NCBI GenBank assembly: GCA_045628045.1
Contig: JAZQOV010000011.1
Coordinates: forward strand, 73,470 to 137,469
Reading direction: 5' to 3'
Length of the DNA stretch: 64,000 bases
From: Bacilli bacterium
GTDB lineage: Bacteria; Bacillota_I; Bacilli_A; RFN20; CAG-826
Position numbers and translations under genes: made by a program
In this document: positions 51,203 to 61,500 of the stretch, piece by piece
How positions within the stretch are numbered: position 1 is the first letter of the stretch
How the letters are laid out: the number at the start of each line of letters is the position of its first letter
The notes under the pieces: model-generated
The model's input: the letters and a program-made list of their open reading frames with translations, nothing else
Databases searched by the model: none
What the model was told of the DNA's origin: nothing

Positions 51203-52508
51203 TAAATTGTTTTATTTAGTTCTTCCCTTGGTTTTAGGCATGACATCATGTGGCATGAAAAAAACTGATGCAACTTTTAATCCGGATAAAGTAACTGAAC
51301 TCTCGTTTAACGTTGATAAGAACAAACTATATGGTGTTTGTGATTTATCATTTGAAGAATATGACTGGAGAGCACAAGGTTCCAAGATTGATTATCATCA
51401 ATCTCATTTACTTATGAAAAATTTGGGTGCTAATACAGTAAGATTTTGGACTCAATTTTATTATTTTATGGAATCTCCAACCTCTTTAAAAGACCCAACG
51501 AAATATAGAGAATTAAGAGAAATGTATGAAGATTTAATTGAAGTAAATCCAAATGTTACTGTAATTGGTATGTCACACACTAGCTATGTTACAAGTGAAC
51601 AAGGAGCTGCATCTACAAATATTTCTTCTAGCAGCAAACCAAGAAGAGATTTGACTCCTAATTCTGCTTATATGAAATGGCTTCAAAATTATGAACAAAC
51701 CTGGTATTCTCTTGTACGAATTTTTCCTGAAATAGAATATTGGGAAATTGATAACGAAATTAATAATAACGATTTTATGAAACCTCTTGATGGCGGTAAA
51801 GACTTTACCACATCTGAAAAAGCAAAAATTGCTGCAGATATGCTTTTCTTTGGTTCTAGAGGAATTCATAGAGCAAATATAAATGCTAAAACAATTAGTG
51901 GCGGAATCATTGTTTTTAATGAAAATGAAACAATTGATTTTGTTAATGAATTGTATAATGAAATTGCCAGGAATACTTGGGGCACAACAAAATCAAAAGA
52001 TTTCTTTCAAATTTTTGGTATGCACCCATACATTAACACCAACACATGTGTCTTTACTAAGAAGGTTTTTACAGATCGTATGAATGCCATATATGAGGTT
52101 GTGAAAGCTCGCGAAGGAAAAGATAAAATTGTATATTGCACTGAAGTAGGTTTTAATGACTGCTATCTTAATCCAAATACCAAACAAAGACTTGGACAAG
52201 AAGGCAGTGCAAGCATGATAAAGGACATGTTTGAAGCAGCACTAGAATTGCCATATGTTGAAACTCTTTGTTACTACAAAATGTATGATGTTGAAAATGT
52301 TGAAAATCCTGGAGATGGATTAAATCGATACGGTTTATTTGTTGATCCAATTAATAAACGCCAATATAATGCGGTTTGCGATGGTGGAAACCAAAATTCT
52401 TATATCGCCCCTTCACTTGCTTCTCCTAAACCAGGAGCAACTATCTTCCAACAATTAACTGGTGGATCTGGCGACTTATACGCTTATGCAAATGCATTAA
52501 AGTATTAG
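51192..52508 (+). CDS. Lipoprotein glycoside hydrolase, clan GH-A-like
   Basis: Lipobox MTSC; WEIDNE (acid/base), HPY and CTEVG (nucleophile). Confidence 0.72.
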   Translation: MKNNKLFYLVLPLVLGMTSCGMKKTDATFNPDKVTELSFNVDKNKLYGVCDLSFEEYDWRAQGSKIDYHQSHLLMKNLGANTVRFWTQFYYFMESPTSLKDPTKYRELREMYEDLIEVNPNVTVIGMSHTSYVTSEQGAASTNISSSSKPRRDLTPNSAYMKWLQNYEQTWYSLVRIFPEIEYWEIDNEINNNDFMKPLDGGKDFTTSEKAKIAADMLFFGSRGIHRANINAKTISGGIIVFNENETIDFVNELYNEIARNTWGTTKSKDFFQIFGMHPYINTNTCVFTKKVFTDRMNAIYEVVKAREGKDKIVYCTEVGFNDCYLNPNTKQRLGQEGSASMIKDMFEAALELPYVETLCYYKMYDVENVENPGDGLNRYGLFVDPINKRQYNAVCDGGNQNSYIAPSLASPKPGATIFQQLTGGSGDLYAYANALKY

Positions 52509-52522
52509 TAAAATTTTACATT

Positions 52523-52552
52523 AAAAAAACAGCATCGAATCGATGCTGTTTT
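52523..52552. terminator. Bidirectional terminator
   Basis: aaaacagcatcga-a-tcgatgctgtttt between convergent genes. Confidence 0.85.
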
Positions 52553-53534
52553 ATTGACATAAAAATTTAAATAATAAGAATAATAATGGTATAGAGATGA
52601 CAGAAATAATATTGCTTAATAAAATCGCGCTACTAGCTAGTTTTGAATCTTTATTATATTGAATTGTTAACATTGAACCGGCTGTTGCGCACGGCATAGA
52701 AAGTGTGAAAAATAACACATATTTTATTGTATTATCAATAGGGAATAACACGACGAGCAATGTTATTGCCGGCATTAAAACGAGTTTTAATCCACTTATT
52801 ATATAGGCAGATTTATTGTAGAAAATTTCTTTTAAATTTGATTCAGCAATTTTCATTCCAATTATCATCATCGAAATTGGTGTAACTAAATTACCAATTG
52901 ATTCAATTACTCCAATAATTTGATCAACTAAGAGCTTGCAATTTTCATTACTTATTTGAAGTTCTTTAAATGGCACTTTAACTGTTAAGAATATTACTAG
53001 AGAAAAAACAATTGAAATAATAACAGGATTGAGAGCTATTTTTTTAAAAGAAATTTGTGACTTATCACCTGTGATGATATAAACACCGATTGTCCATAAT
53101 AAAATATAAAATACAACAATAATAATTGATGAATACACCATAATTTCCCCAAATTGTTCAGTATTCCCAAATATAGAAGTTAGGAAAGGAATTCCCATAT
53201 ATGCACAATTTGAAAATGTTGAGCATAATGCAATAACTCTATTTGTGTCTTTTCTTGGTTTAAAAATTAAAATAACAATAAAGAAAAACAATAAATGTAT
53301 TAATAAAGCTAATCCGGCGGTTATTAAGATGTTTAATCCAATTTGCTTTGTAAATGTACACTTCTGAAAACCTAAGAACATTAAGGCCGTTGTGCATACA
53401 TATAATACGATTGTCGATAAATCTTTAGATATTTTAGGAGAAACCAGTTTTGATTTAACAATGATAAATCCAGGCACCATTAAAAGAAGCAAACTTATTA
53501 CAGAAAATAGAACCCTTAAAAAACTAATATCCAT
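52551..53534 (-). CDS. AEC (auxin efflux carrier)-family transporter
   Basis: FSNCAYMGIP, NPVI, TPISMMIIG and MPCA; about 10 TM segments. Confidence 0.85.
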   Translation of the reverse strand: MDISFLRVLFSVISLLLLMVPGFIIVKSKLVSPKISKDLSTIVLYVCTTALMFLGFQKCTFTKQIGLNILITAGLALLIHLLFFFIVILIFKPRKDTNRVIALCSTFSNCAYMGIPFLTSIFGNTEQFGEIMVYSSIIIVVFYILLWTIGVYIITGDKSQISFKKIALNPVIISIVFSLVIFLTVKVPFKELQISNENCKLLVDQIIGVIESIGNLVTPISMMIIGMKIAESNLKEIFYNKSAYIISGLKLVLMPAITLLVVLFPIDNTIKYVLFFTLSMPCATAGSMLTIQYNKDSKLASSAILLSNIISVISIPLLFLLFKFLCQ

Positions 53535-53573
53535 ACAATAATTATAATAAAAAGAAAGATGTTTACTACTTTT

Positions 53574-54419
53574 TTATGATTTTGTTTTTGCTGTTCTTTT
53601 CGGAAGAATTGATTCTTCAATATAAGAAATATTTTCACGTGCTTTTTGCGAATTTGTAACTATATATGAATAAAAAGTATCAAATATTGCAAGTTGACTA
53701 TATCTTGAAGAAAGACCAAGAATTCTATAGTTAATTTCTTCCGATTTAGTTATTAGTGATACGTCAGCTAAACGAGCCACTGGAGAATTTTTATCAGAAC
53801 TTATAATCAATATTTTCGCTCCATTTTCTTTAGCTATTTTTAAACTTTCAATAATGTCAGTTGTATAACCACTGTGAGATACAGCAATATACAAATCATT
53901 TTTTGTGGCTTTGCAAGCAGAAATTATCTGAAAATACGAATCACTTATAGGCTGAGCATCAAGACCAACTCTAAGAAGCTTATGGCATATATCTTGTCCT
54001 ATTACGGAGGAATTACCAACGCCGAAACAATAGATTTTACGCGCGGCCATAATTAAATCATAACCCTTTTTAAATTCCTCCTCTGTTATTGAGTCTTGCG
54101 TTAACATTATTGAAGAATATATTTCTTCACTTATCTTATGGAAGATATTTTTAAATGTGTCATTTTCATTAATACTTTTTTGGACAACATGGTCTTCCTC
54201 TTTTGCTATTAATAATTTTAAATCTTGGTAACCATTGCAACCGATCTTTTTTGCAAAACGGTTAATTGTTGGTGCACTTATTCCAGTTATTTGTGCTAAT
54301 TCCGATATATTGTATGGGACAAGAAGATTTTCATTATTTAAAAAATAATCGGCTAACAATTTTTCTGTTTTACTTAATTTTTTGTATGTTGATTTGATAT
54401 TAATTATTAATTTTCCCAT
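53574..54419 (-). CDS. MurR/RpiR-family transcriptional regulator
   Basis: LSKTEKLLADY, SAPTINRFAKKIG HTH; SIS domain FGVGNS and SHSG. Start at 54419 follows an SD. Confidence 0.92.
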   Translation of the reverse strand: MGKLIINIKSTYKKLSKTEKLLADYFLNNENLLVPYNISELAQITGISAPTINRFAKKIGCNGYQDLKLLIAKEEDHVVQKSINENDTFKNIFHKISEEIYSSIMLTQDSITEEEFKKGYDLIMAARKIYCFGVGNSSVIGQDICHKLLRVGLDAQPISDSYFQIISACKATKNDLYIAVSHSGYTTDIIESLKIAKENGAKILIISSDKNSPVARLADVSLITKSEEINYRILGLSSRYSQLAIFDTFYSYIVTNSQKARENISYIEESILPKRTAKTKS

Positions 54420-54461
54420 TTTGAAGTCCCTCTTATACATTCTACAATAACGACACAAAAA

Positions 54462-54476
54462 TGAAAATAATTTTCA
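54462..54476. promoter_or_regulatory. Candidate RpiR operator
   Basis: Palindrome TGAAAA-taa-TTTTCA in the divergent intergenic region. Confidence 0.5.
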
Positions 54477-54576
54477 CATCTTATGAAAAAAACAATAAAA
54501 ATTTTAAAATATTTGGAAAAAACTTTTATTAACTAAATATTCATATATTATATATAGTGGAAAAAAGGAGAATTAT

Positions 54577-55995
54577 ATGAATGATTTCTTATTAACTCAA
54601 ATAATGACCGAATTAGAGGATGCTGTCGGTAAGGAAAATTGTTCTACAAAATTAATCGATAAAGTTACTCACAGTGTTGACTATTTCTGGTTGTCTAGAA
54701 TGTGGGCAGATAGAGGCAAAATGATGCCACAAGCAGATTTTGTTGTTTCACCAAAGGATGCCCAAGAAACATCTAAAGTTTTAAAAATAGCTAATTATTA
54801 TAAAATCCCAGTAACAACTTGGGGCGGCGGAGGCGGTACTCAAGGTGGCGCCATTCCTGTTTGTGGAGGAATTATCCTAGACACAAAACGCATGAACCAA
54901 ATTGGCGAAGTTAATGAAAAAGGCATGTATATAGAAGTTGGCGCTGGCGCTATCTATAAGCACGTTGAATGGGCAGCAAATGAAAAAGGCTATTCGACAA
55001 TGCATTATCCTTCATCACTTACTTGTTCAACAGTTGGTGGCTTTTTAGCTCATAGAGGTATTGGTGTTGTTTCAACAAAATATGGAAAGATTGATGATAT
55101 GGTCCTTCAAATGGAAGTTGTTCTTCCAAATGGTGATATTATTCATACATCCTCTGCGCCAAAACATGCCGCAGGTCCAGATTTAAACCAAATTTTTATT
55201 GGTTCTGAAGGAACACTTGGAATTATTACAAAAGCACAAATGAGAATTTATGTTCAACCAGAAGTACGTAAATTTAGAGGCTTTTTGTTTAAAGATATGT
55301 CTTCAGCATTTGTTGCTTCTAGAGAAATTTTGCAAAAATTTAAACCTTCTTGTATGAGACTTTATGACGAAGCAGAAACAGCTTCTTTAATTAAGAAGAT
55401 AGTTGGTGTTACAAGGCCAGGTGCTTTTATGAATATAGCAATTGAAGGCGTTAAAGAATTAGTAGAAGTTGAAGAAAAAATTCTTCTTGAAACCTTTGCT
55501 AAATATGGAGCAGAAGATTTAGGAAGTGAATATGGTGAGAAATGGTGGGATGAAAAAATTACATTCTTCTATCCAGGACACATGATGGATTTGCCGCAAT
55601 GCTTTGGAACAATGGATACAATTGCGCCATTTGATAAAATTGAAGAAATTTATTGGGCAATGAAGAAGGCAATTGAGGAAAAATTCCCTCAAGCTAGATT
55701 TATCGCGCATTTTTCACACTGGTATGAATGGGGAGCAATGGTTTATGACAGATTTATAGTTGATAATCCTCCACAAGATCCAGTTGAAGCAATGAGACTT
55801 CATAATGAAATTTGGACAACCGGTGTAAGAACTGCTCTTGCACATGGTGGTGTAGTTAATGATCACCATGGTGTCGGTATTAAACTTGGAAGACTTATGA
55901 AAGAGCAATACGGGCCTGCAATGCAAGTTTTTGAAGGACTTAAGGAATCACTTGATCCAAATCATATAATGAACCCATTTAAATTAGGTTTATAA
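54577..55995 (+). CDS. FAD-linked oxidoreductase (GlcD/alkyl-DHAP synthase family)
   Basis: WGGGGGTQGG, STVGG, GSEGTLGIIT, HHGVG and LDPNHIMNP. Confidence 0.88.
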   Translation: MNDFLLTQIMTELEDAVGKENCSTKLIDKVTHSVDYFWLSRMWADRGKMMPQADFVVSPKDAQETSKVLKIANYYKIPVTTWGGGGGTQGGAIPVCGGIILDTKRMNQIGEVNEKGMYIEVGAGAIYKHVEWAANEKGYSTMHYPSSLTCSTVGGFLAHRGIGVVSTKYGKIDDMVLQMEVVLPNGDIIHTSSAPKHAAGPDLNQIFIGSEGTLGIITKAQMRIYVQPEVRKFRGFLFKDMSSAFVASREILQKFKPSCMRLYDEAETASLIKKIVGVTRPGAFMNIAIEGVKELVEVEEKILLETFAKYGAEDLGSEYGEKWWDEKITFFYPGHMMDLPQCFGTMDTIAPFDKIEEIYWAMKKAIEEKFPQARFIAHFSHWYEWGAMVYDRFIVDNPPQDPVEAMRLHNEIWTTGVRTALAHGGVVNDHHGVGIKLGRLMKEQYGPAMQVFEGLKESLDPNHIMNPFKLGL

Positions 55996-56006
55996 GGAGA
56001 GCAAAC

Positions 56007-57080
56007 ATGGATATTTCAAATAAATCAAAAGGTATTGTTGATGCTTGTCGTTTCTGTTGGATGTGTAGACACGTTTGTCCAATCGGAAATGCTACAGGTT
56101 TAGAAAGAAACACTGCTAGAGCCAGAGCTCTTGGATGTTCGCTTGTCACTCGTAAAGCGTGTGATTTAAGTGATGTAAGCACAAACATTTATGAATGTAT
56201 GATGTGTGGTGCTTGTACAAATAATTGCAAAACAGGTTGGGATCCAAAAGTATTTATTGAAGAATTTAGAACCCAATTAGCAATTAACCAAAAAACCCCT
56301 GATTATATAGAAAAATTAATAGAAAAAACATTAGATAAAGGTAATCCTTTTGGAACTTTACCTAAGGAAGTTAAACCATTTCTTAACAAAACTTCTGATA
56401 CGGTTTTAGTGGTCGGACAAGATGCACTTTATAATCTTCCTGAACTTGTTAAGGATAGTTATACATTACTTGAGAAAGCTGGTATTAAAGTTCAAATAGA
56501 TGAAGAAACTTCCAACACAGGTTTTGCTCTTTATTTCTTGACTGGAAAAACTGAAGAAACAAGAAAACAAATGGAAAAATGGGCTAGAAGTGTTGAAAAT
56601 AAAAAACTAATCATTTTCTATGATCCTCAGGATTTAGCTCTAGTTTCACATAAATATGCTGAATGGAATATTTCGGTGAAACCAAAATTAATATCATTTA
56701 ACGATTTCCTGCTTTCACTTATTAAAGAAGGCAACTTGAAGGTTAAAAAATCAAACAACGAGTATACAGCACATGATAATTTCGCATATTCACGTGAACT
56801 TAAGAACAATTTAATTTATAATTTAATTGATCTTGTTGGCAAAAATAAAGAAATTTTACTCAAAAAAGAAGAAACCAATGCTGCTGGTCATCTCATCATG
56901 TCACTTTATATGGGCGATGTTATTGATCTTGTTGCAAAAAATAGACTTGTTGAGGCTACACGTCAGGATGTTAAAACATTTGTTACCGAATCGCCAAGTG
57001 AATATTATTTCTTAAAGAAACATTCAAAAACTATAAAAGTAATTTCGGTTGAGCAATTAATTCTCGAAAACTTGAGGTAA
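56007..57080 (+). CDS. Fe-S oxidoreductase (GlpC/GlcF-like)
   Basis: CRFCWMCRHVCP and CMMCGACTNNC. Confidence 0.8.
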   Translation: MDISNKSKGIVDACRFCWMCRHVCPIGNATGLERNTARARALGCSLVTRKACDLSDVSTNIYECMMCGACTNNCKTGWDPKVFIEEFRTQLAINQKTPDYIEKLIEKTLDKGNPFGTLPKEVKPFLNKTSDTVLVVGQDALYNLPELVKDSYTLLEKAGIKVQIDEETSNTGFALYFLTGKTEETRKQMEKWARSVENKKLIIFYDPQDLALVSHKYAEWNISVKPKLISFNDFLLSLIKEGNLKVKKSNNEYTAHDNFAYSRELKNNLIYNLIDLVGKNKEILLKKEETNAAGHLIMSLYMGDVIDLVAKNRLVEATRQDVKTFVTESPSEYYFLKKHSKTIKVISVEQLILENLR

Positions 57081-57085
57081 TAACT

Positions 57086-57874
57086 ATGAATTTAAAAAAG
57101 ACTTACGTTGAAGAATATGGTTATAAAAGAATTATAACAGATCGAAATTCTCCAATGACTTATTTGGAATTAGATTTTTTGAAACTCAAGGCAGGTGATT
57201 CTTTCGAAATCAATGAGAAAAATAAAGAATTTGCCTTAATGATTTTATACGGAAAAATTGCAGTAAAAGGTAATGATTTTGCCTTTCCTTGTTGTGGAAA
57301 ACGCAAAAATGTTTTTGATGGTCCAGCAGAATGCGTTTATGTTGGAAAAGATGAGACTTTTGTTATTACTGCATTAGATGAGGATGCCAAAATCGCTGTT
57401 TGTAAAGCCCCTGCAGAAAAATCTTTTCCAGCAAGATATGTCAAAGCTGATGAAATTCAATTAAAATCACTTGGCAAAGGTACATATCGTAGGGAAGCGG
57501 CCTTTAATCTTCCTGCAGAAGTTGAGGCAAATCTTCTTTATATTGGAGAATTTTGGGTTGAAGATGGCTATTGGGCTTCATATCCACCTCATAAACACGA
57601 TATTGACGATGGAACCGAATCAGCATTAGATGAAATTTACTATTTTGAATTTGATAAGCCAGAAGGATTTGGTTTTCAAAGCGTATACAGCAAAGATAGA
57701 AATCTCGATGTAACATACAGAGTTAAAAATGGAGATATGGTAGAAGTGCCTTTTGGCTATCATCCCTTTACCGTTGCTCCAGGTTATAAAAATTATTGTT
57801 TGTGGATTATGGGTGGAAAAAAGAGAGGAATTTTCTGTTCAAGTGATCCAGATCATTCTTGGCAGAATAAATAG
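57086..57874 (+). CDS. 5-deoxy-glucuronate isomerase (IolB) family
   Basis: WASYPPHKHD, EIYYF, GFGFQ and GYHP. Confidence 0.88.
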   Translation: MNLKKTYVEEYGYKRIITDRNSPMTYLELDFLKLKAGDSFEINEKNKEFALMILYGKIAVKGNDFAFPCCGKRKNVFDGPAECVYVGKDETFVITALDEDAKIAVCKAPAEKSFPARYVKADEIQLKSLGKGTYRREAAFNLPAEVEANLLYIGEFWVEDGYWASYPPHKHDIDDGTESALDEIYYFEFDKPEGFGFQSVYSKDRNLDVTYRVKNGDMVEVPFGYHPFTVAPGYKNYCLWIMGGKKRGIFCSSDPDHSWQNK

Positions 57875-57876
57875 AA

Positions 57877-59337
57877 ATGTTAGTTTTAGGAATTGATTTT
57901 GGAGGAGGCAGCTGTAAAGCCACTCTCCTTAATGAAAATGGCAGGGTTCTTGCTACAGCATCTAATGAATATTCTACTAAATATGGTGCTGATGGTTTAG
58001 CAACTCAAAATCCGCTCGATTGGTATTTTTCAGCTTGCCAAAATATTAAATCAATTCTTGGGCAAGGTTTTAATGCAAAAGACATAAATACAATTTGTTT
58101 TAGCGCTGCGACTCACACAGCCGTACTTCTAGATGAAAATAATCAAATTGTCTGTGATTCAATCTATTGGACTGATACAAGATGTCAAAAAGAAAAACGA
58201 TTTCTTTTAGAAAACTACAAGGATGTCATTTTCAAAAAAACAAAACATATTCCAGATACAATTTGGACTCTTCCTGAGTTAATGTATTTATTCAAAAATA
58301 ATAAAGAAGTTTTTAATAAAACAAAAAAAGTTGTTTTTGAAAAAGATTTTGTACGTTCAAAATTTACCGATGATTTTGTGACCGATTATATTGAAGCCGA
58401 GGGTTCAATGCTATTTGACTTTGATAAAAATGAATGGGACGAAGAGTTACTAAGCTTATGTGGTCTTAAAAAAGAAAACATGCCAAAAGTCGTTAAACCA
58501 ATGGATATTGTTGGTGTAGTAAGTTTAAAAGCTGCACAAGACACCGGGCTTAAAGAAGGAACAAAAGTAATTTGCGGTTCAACAGACACCGCAATGGAAG
58601 TTTTTGCAAATGGCGCCATTAATGAAGGAGACATGACAATCAAATTTGCAACAGCTGGAAGAGTTTGTGTTGTATCAAGCGTAATATCTCCTGATCAAAA
58701 TATTATAAATTATTCTCATCTTAAAGAAGGTTTATTTTATCCAGGAAGCGCAACAAAATCTTGCGCAGCTTCAATTACTTGGTTTAGAAATGCCTTTGGA
58801 CGAAATTACGATTATTTGTCAGAAATATCCAAAAAAGCACCAATTGGTTCGGAAGGATTGATCTTTCATCCTTACTTAACTGGTGAATTAACTCCACTTG
58901 CTAATCCAAATATTAGAGGAAATTTCTTTGGTGTTTCTTCATGCCATAAAGAAGAACATTTTATTCGATCGGTAGTTGAAGGAATTTCTTTTAGCATTTA
59001 CGATTGTCTTATTTATTTAGAAGAACACGGAATTAAAGTTGGAAAGACCGCATATTTTTTAGGCGGTGTATCGAAAAATAAATTTTGGATGCAAATAATT
59101 TCCGATGTTTTAGGTGTGAAATTAATTACTACCGAAGCTAACGATTCAAGTTTTGGTGGAGCAATGTGCGCAGGAATTTCTGCAGGCCTATTCAAGAGTT
59201 TTGATGATGCCATTAAAAAATGCCAAGTTACTACTGGAGAAATTTATCCTGATTTGGCTAATCATGAGTTTTATAAGAAAATATTTGAAAAATATAAGAA
59301 AATCTCATTGATTTTGGATGAAATAAGTAATGAATAA
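57877..59337 (+). CDS. FGGY-family carbohydrate kinase (xylulokinase-like)
   Basis: LGIDFG, WTDTR, PYLTGE and RSVVEG. Confidence 0.88.
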   Translation: MLVLGIDFGGGSCKATLLNENGRVLATASNEYSTKYGADGLATQNPLDWYFSACQNIKSILGQGFNAKDINTICFSAATHTAVLLDENNQIVCDSIYWTDTRCQKEKRFLLENYKDVIFKKTKHIPDTIWTLPELMYLFKNNKEVFNKTKKVVFEKDFVRSKFTDDFVTDYIEAEGSMLFDFDKNEWDEELLSLCGLKKENMPKVVKPMDIVGVVSLKAAQDTGLKEGTKVICGSTDTAMEVFANGAINEGDMTIKFATAGRVCVVSSVISPDQNIINYSHLKEGLFYPGSATKSCAASITWFRNAFGRNYDYLSEISKKAPIGSEGLIFHPYLTGELTPLANPNIRGNFFGVSSCHKEEHFIRSVVEGISFSIYDCLIYLEEHGIKVGKTAYFLGGVSKNKFWMQIISDVLGVKLITTEANDSSFGGAMCAGISAGLFKSFDDAIKKCQVTTGEIYPDLANHEFYKKIFEKYKKISLILDEISNE

Positions 59338-60679
59338 AATCCTTGTATTAATTAAGGCGAATAATGAAATTTCACCATTTGATGAAGCTGCTTTAGAAAT
59401 TGCTTTACGAATGGAAAATTCTTTTGTCGAAGTATTAAGCATGGGACCATTAAGTTCATTAAGCAGAATCGAAAGTCTAACTAGACTTGGAGTAAAAGCA
59501 ACTCTTGTAAGCGATGTTGCATATATTGGAAGCGACACAATTGCGACTTCAAAAATATTAGCTAAAGCTATTAAACTAATTAAGCCCGATATGATTTTTG
59601 CAGGGAAAAACTCCTTAGATGGAGATACAGGACAAGTTCCCGCAATGCTATCTGAACTTCTTGGGTTTGATTTTGTTAGCCCGATTATGGAAGTTTTATC
59701 TGATAAATTTATTCTTAGGGACGGAAAAGAAGGAATATTTAGAAAAAATACTATTTATGCATTTGAACGAGTTGCATCGTTAAGGTTTCCAAGAATTGCT
59801 TCATCAATTAAAGAAGTTAAAATTATTAACAATAATGATCTTGGTTTAGCTAATAATGAAATAGGATTTAATGGATCACCTACATGTGTATTAAAAACAT
59901 ATCAATCGAATTCCAATAGAAGATTTGTTAAATGGATAAACAAAGAGGATTTCTTTAAATTATTAAAAGACAATTCAATTAAAAATACAGAACAAATAGA
60001 CGAAGAAATTAAGAAAGCAAAATTAATTTATTATGTTGGAAATATTAAAAATATAGCGGAAAAATATGGTATTTTGGCTAAAGAATTAAAAATTAAAGAA
60101 CTTAACGACTTTATTAATTCGATTCCAAAAGATGCAAAAATAATCCTTTTTGAATCAAATGTTAAATTGAAAGAATTTGCAAGTCGAATCGCTATTAGGC
60201 TTGGTTATGGATTGACTGCTGATTGTACATCATTCAAAAATGAAAATAATAGATTTATAATGACAAGACCAGCGATGGCAGGGAACATAATGGCAGAAAT
60301 AATATCTAAAAGTCCTATTTCTCTAGCTACGGTTAGCAAAAAAGAAAAATCATCTAGCATCATATTTGGTATAGGAAAAGGTGCAGTTCCTTATTTAGAC
60401 CAGATTAAACAATTAGCTCTTAAATATGGAGCTGAAATAGTAACAACTCGAGACGTGGTTGATGCTCAAATTCTTCCTTATCCTTATCAAGTTGGTTTAA
60501 CAGGAAGAATTGTCGCGCCAAAAATTTATGTTTCATTCGGTATTTCTGGAGCAATTCAACATATTGTTGGCATTGAATCCTCTGATACTATAATTTCAAT
60601 AAATACAAATAATAAAGCGCCTATATTTGATTATTCAGATTATGGCCTACACTTAGATATAAAGGAGATGCTATGTTAG
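59330..60679 (+). CDS. Fused electron transfer flavoprotein beta/alpha
   Basis: N-part GSDTIATS, DGDTGQV and GSPT (EtfB); C-part GLTADC, QVGLTG and GISGAIQH (EtfA). Confidence 0.85.
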   Translation: MNKILVLIKANNEISPFDEAALEIALRMENSFVEVLSMGPLSSLSRIESLTRLGVKATLVSDVAYIGSDTIATSKILAKAIKLIKPDMIFAGKNSLDGDTGQVPAMLSELLGFDFVSPIMEVLSDKFILRDGKEGIFRKNTIYAFERVASLRFPRIASSIKEVKIINNNDLGLANNEIGFNGSPTCVLKTYQSNSNRRFVKWINKEDFFKLLKDNSIKNTEQIDEEIKKAKLIYYVGNIKNIAEKYGILAKELKIKELNDFINSIPKDAKIILFESNVKLKEFASRIAIRLGYGLTADCTSFKNENNRFIMTRPAMAGNIMAEIISKSPISLATVSKKEKSSSIIFGIGKGAVPYLDQIKQLALKYGAEIVTTRDVVDAQILPYPYQVGLTGRIVAPKIYVSFGISGAIQHIVGIESSDTIISINTNNKAPIFDYSDYGLHLDIKEMLC

Positions 60680-61500
60680 TAAATTTACAAACCATTCTTA
60701 AAAAAGCAAAAGAAAATAAATACTGTGTACCAGCTTTTAACGTATACAATATGGAAACAGTAATGGGAGTCATTCAAGCGGCTGAGGAAGCAAATTCACC
60801 TGTAATCATGCAAGTGTATTCGCGTCTAACAACAAGCGGAAATTTTGAATATCTTGCTCCAATTATGATTCATGCTGCTCATATTGCAAAAGTTCCAGTT
60901 TGCATTCATCTTGATCACGGCGCAGGTTTTATTCCTGCTGCAATTGCTTTGAAAAACGGATGTAGTGGAATAATGGTTGATTTTTCGCTCGAATCTCTTG
61001 AAGAAAACATAGAAAAAACAAAAAAAGTTGTCGATATAATGAATGAAGTCAATGTTGGTGTTGAAGGTGAACTCGGGCACATTGGCAAAACAAGCGAAGA
61101 TATTTCCGCTAATTTTACTGAAGTAAAAGATGCTATAAAATATGTAAAAGAAACAGGAGTTACTGCTTTAGCTATTATGGTTGGAACTGCTCATGGAAGA
61201 TATAAACAAACACCAGTACTTGGGATTGAGAGAATCAAAGAAATTGCTGATTCAGTTCCGGCGTATTTAGTTCTACACGGCGGGTCTGGAGTACCAGAAG
61301 ACCAAATCAAGAAAGCAATAGCCGCCGGTATTTGCAAAATGAATTTTTCGACTGATTTATGTTATTCTTTTATTGAATCCGTTCAAAAACAAGATAAAAC
61401 TAAAGTCGCTATAGATTTAATTATGAAAGAACCGATAGAAGCAGTTAAAAACTTTGCTTTATCAAAAATAGATGTTCTAGGGAGCAGAAACAAAGCATGA
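60673..61500 (+). CDS. Class II fructose/tagatose-bisphosphate aldolase family
   Basis: PAFNV, HLDHG, EGELG, GTAHG and VLHGGSG. Confidence 0.92.
   Translation: MLVNLQTILKKAKENKYCVPAFNVYNMETVMGVIQAAEEANSPVIMQVYSRLTTSGNFEYLAPIMIHAAHIAKVPVCIHLDHGAGFIPAAIALKNGCSGIMVDFSLESLEENIEKTKKVVDIMNEVNVGVEGELGHIGKTSEDISANFTEVKDAIKYVKETGVTALAIMVGTAHGRYKQTPVLGIERIKEIADSVPAYLVLHGGSGVPEDQIKKAIAAGICKMNFSTDLCYSFIESVQKQDKTKVAIDLIMKEPIEAVKNFALSKIDVLGSRNKA

Noticed and set aside
4793-61080. Many 60-160 aa ORFs in the track that overlap long genes (e.g. 13871-14251, 39376-39750, 47779-48258)
   Set aside because: Antisense or off-frame shadows of well-supported genes, with no recognisable motifs
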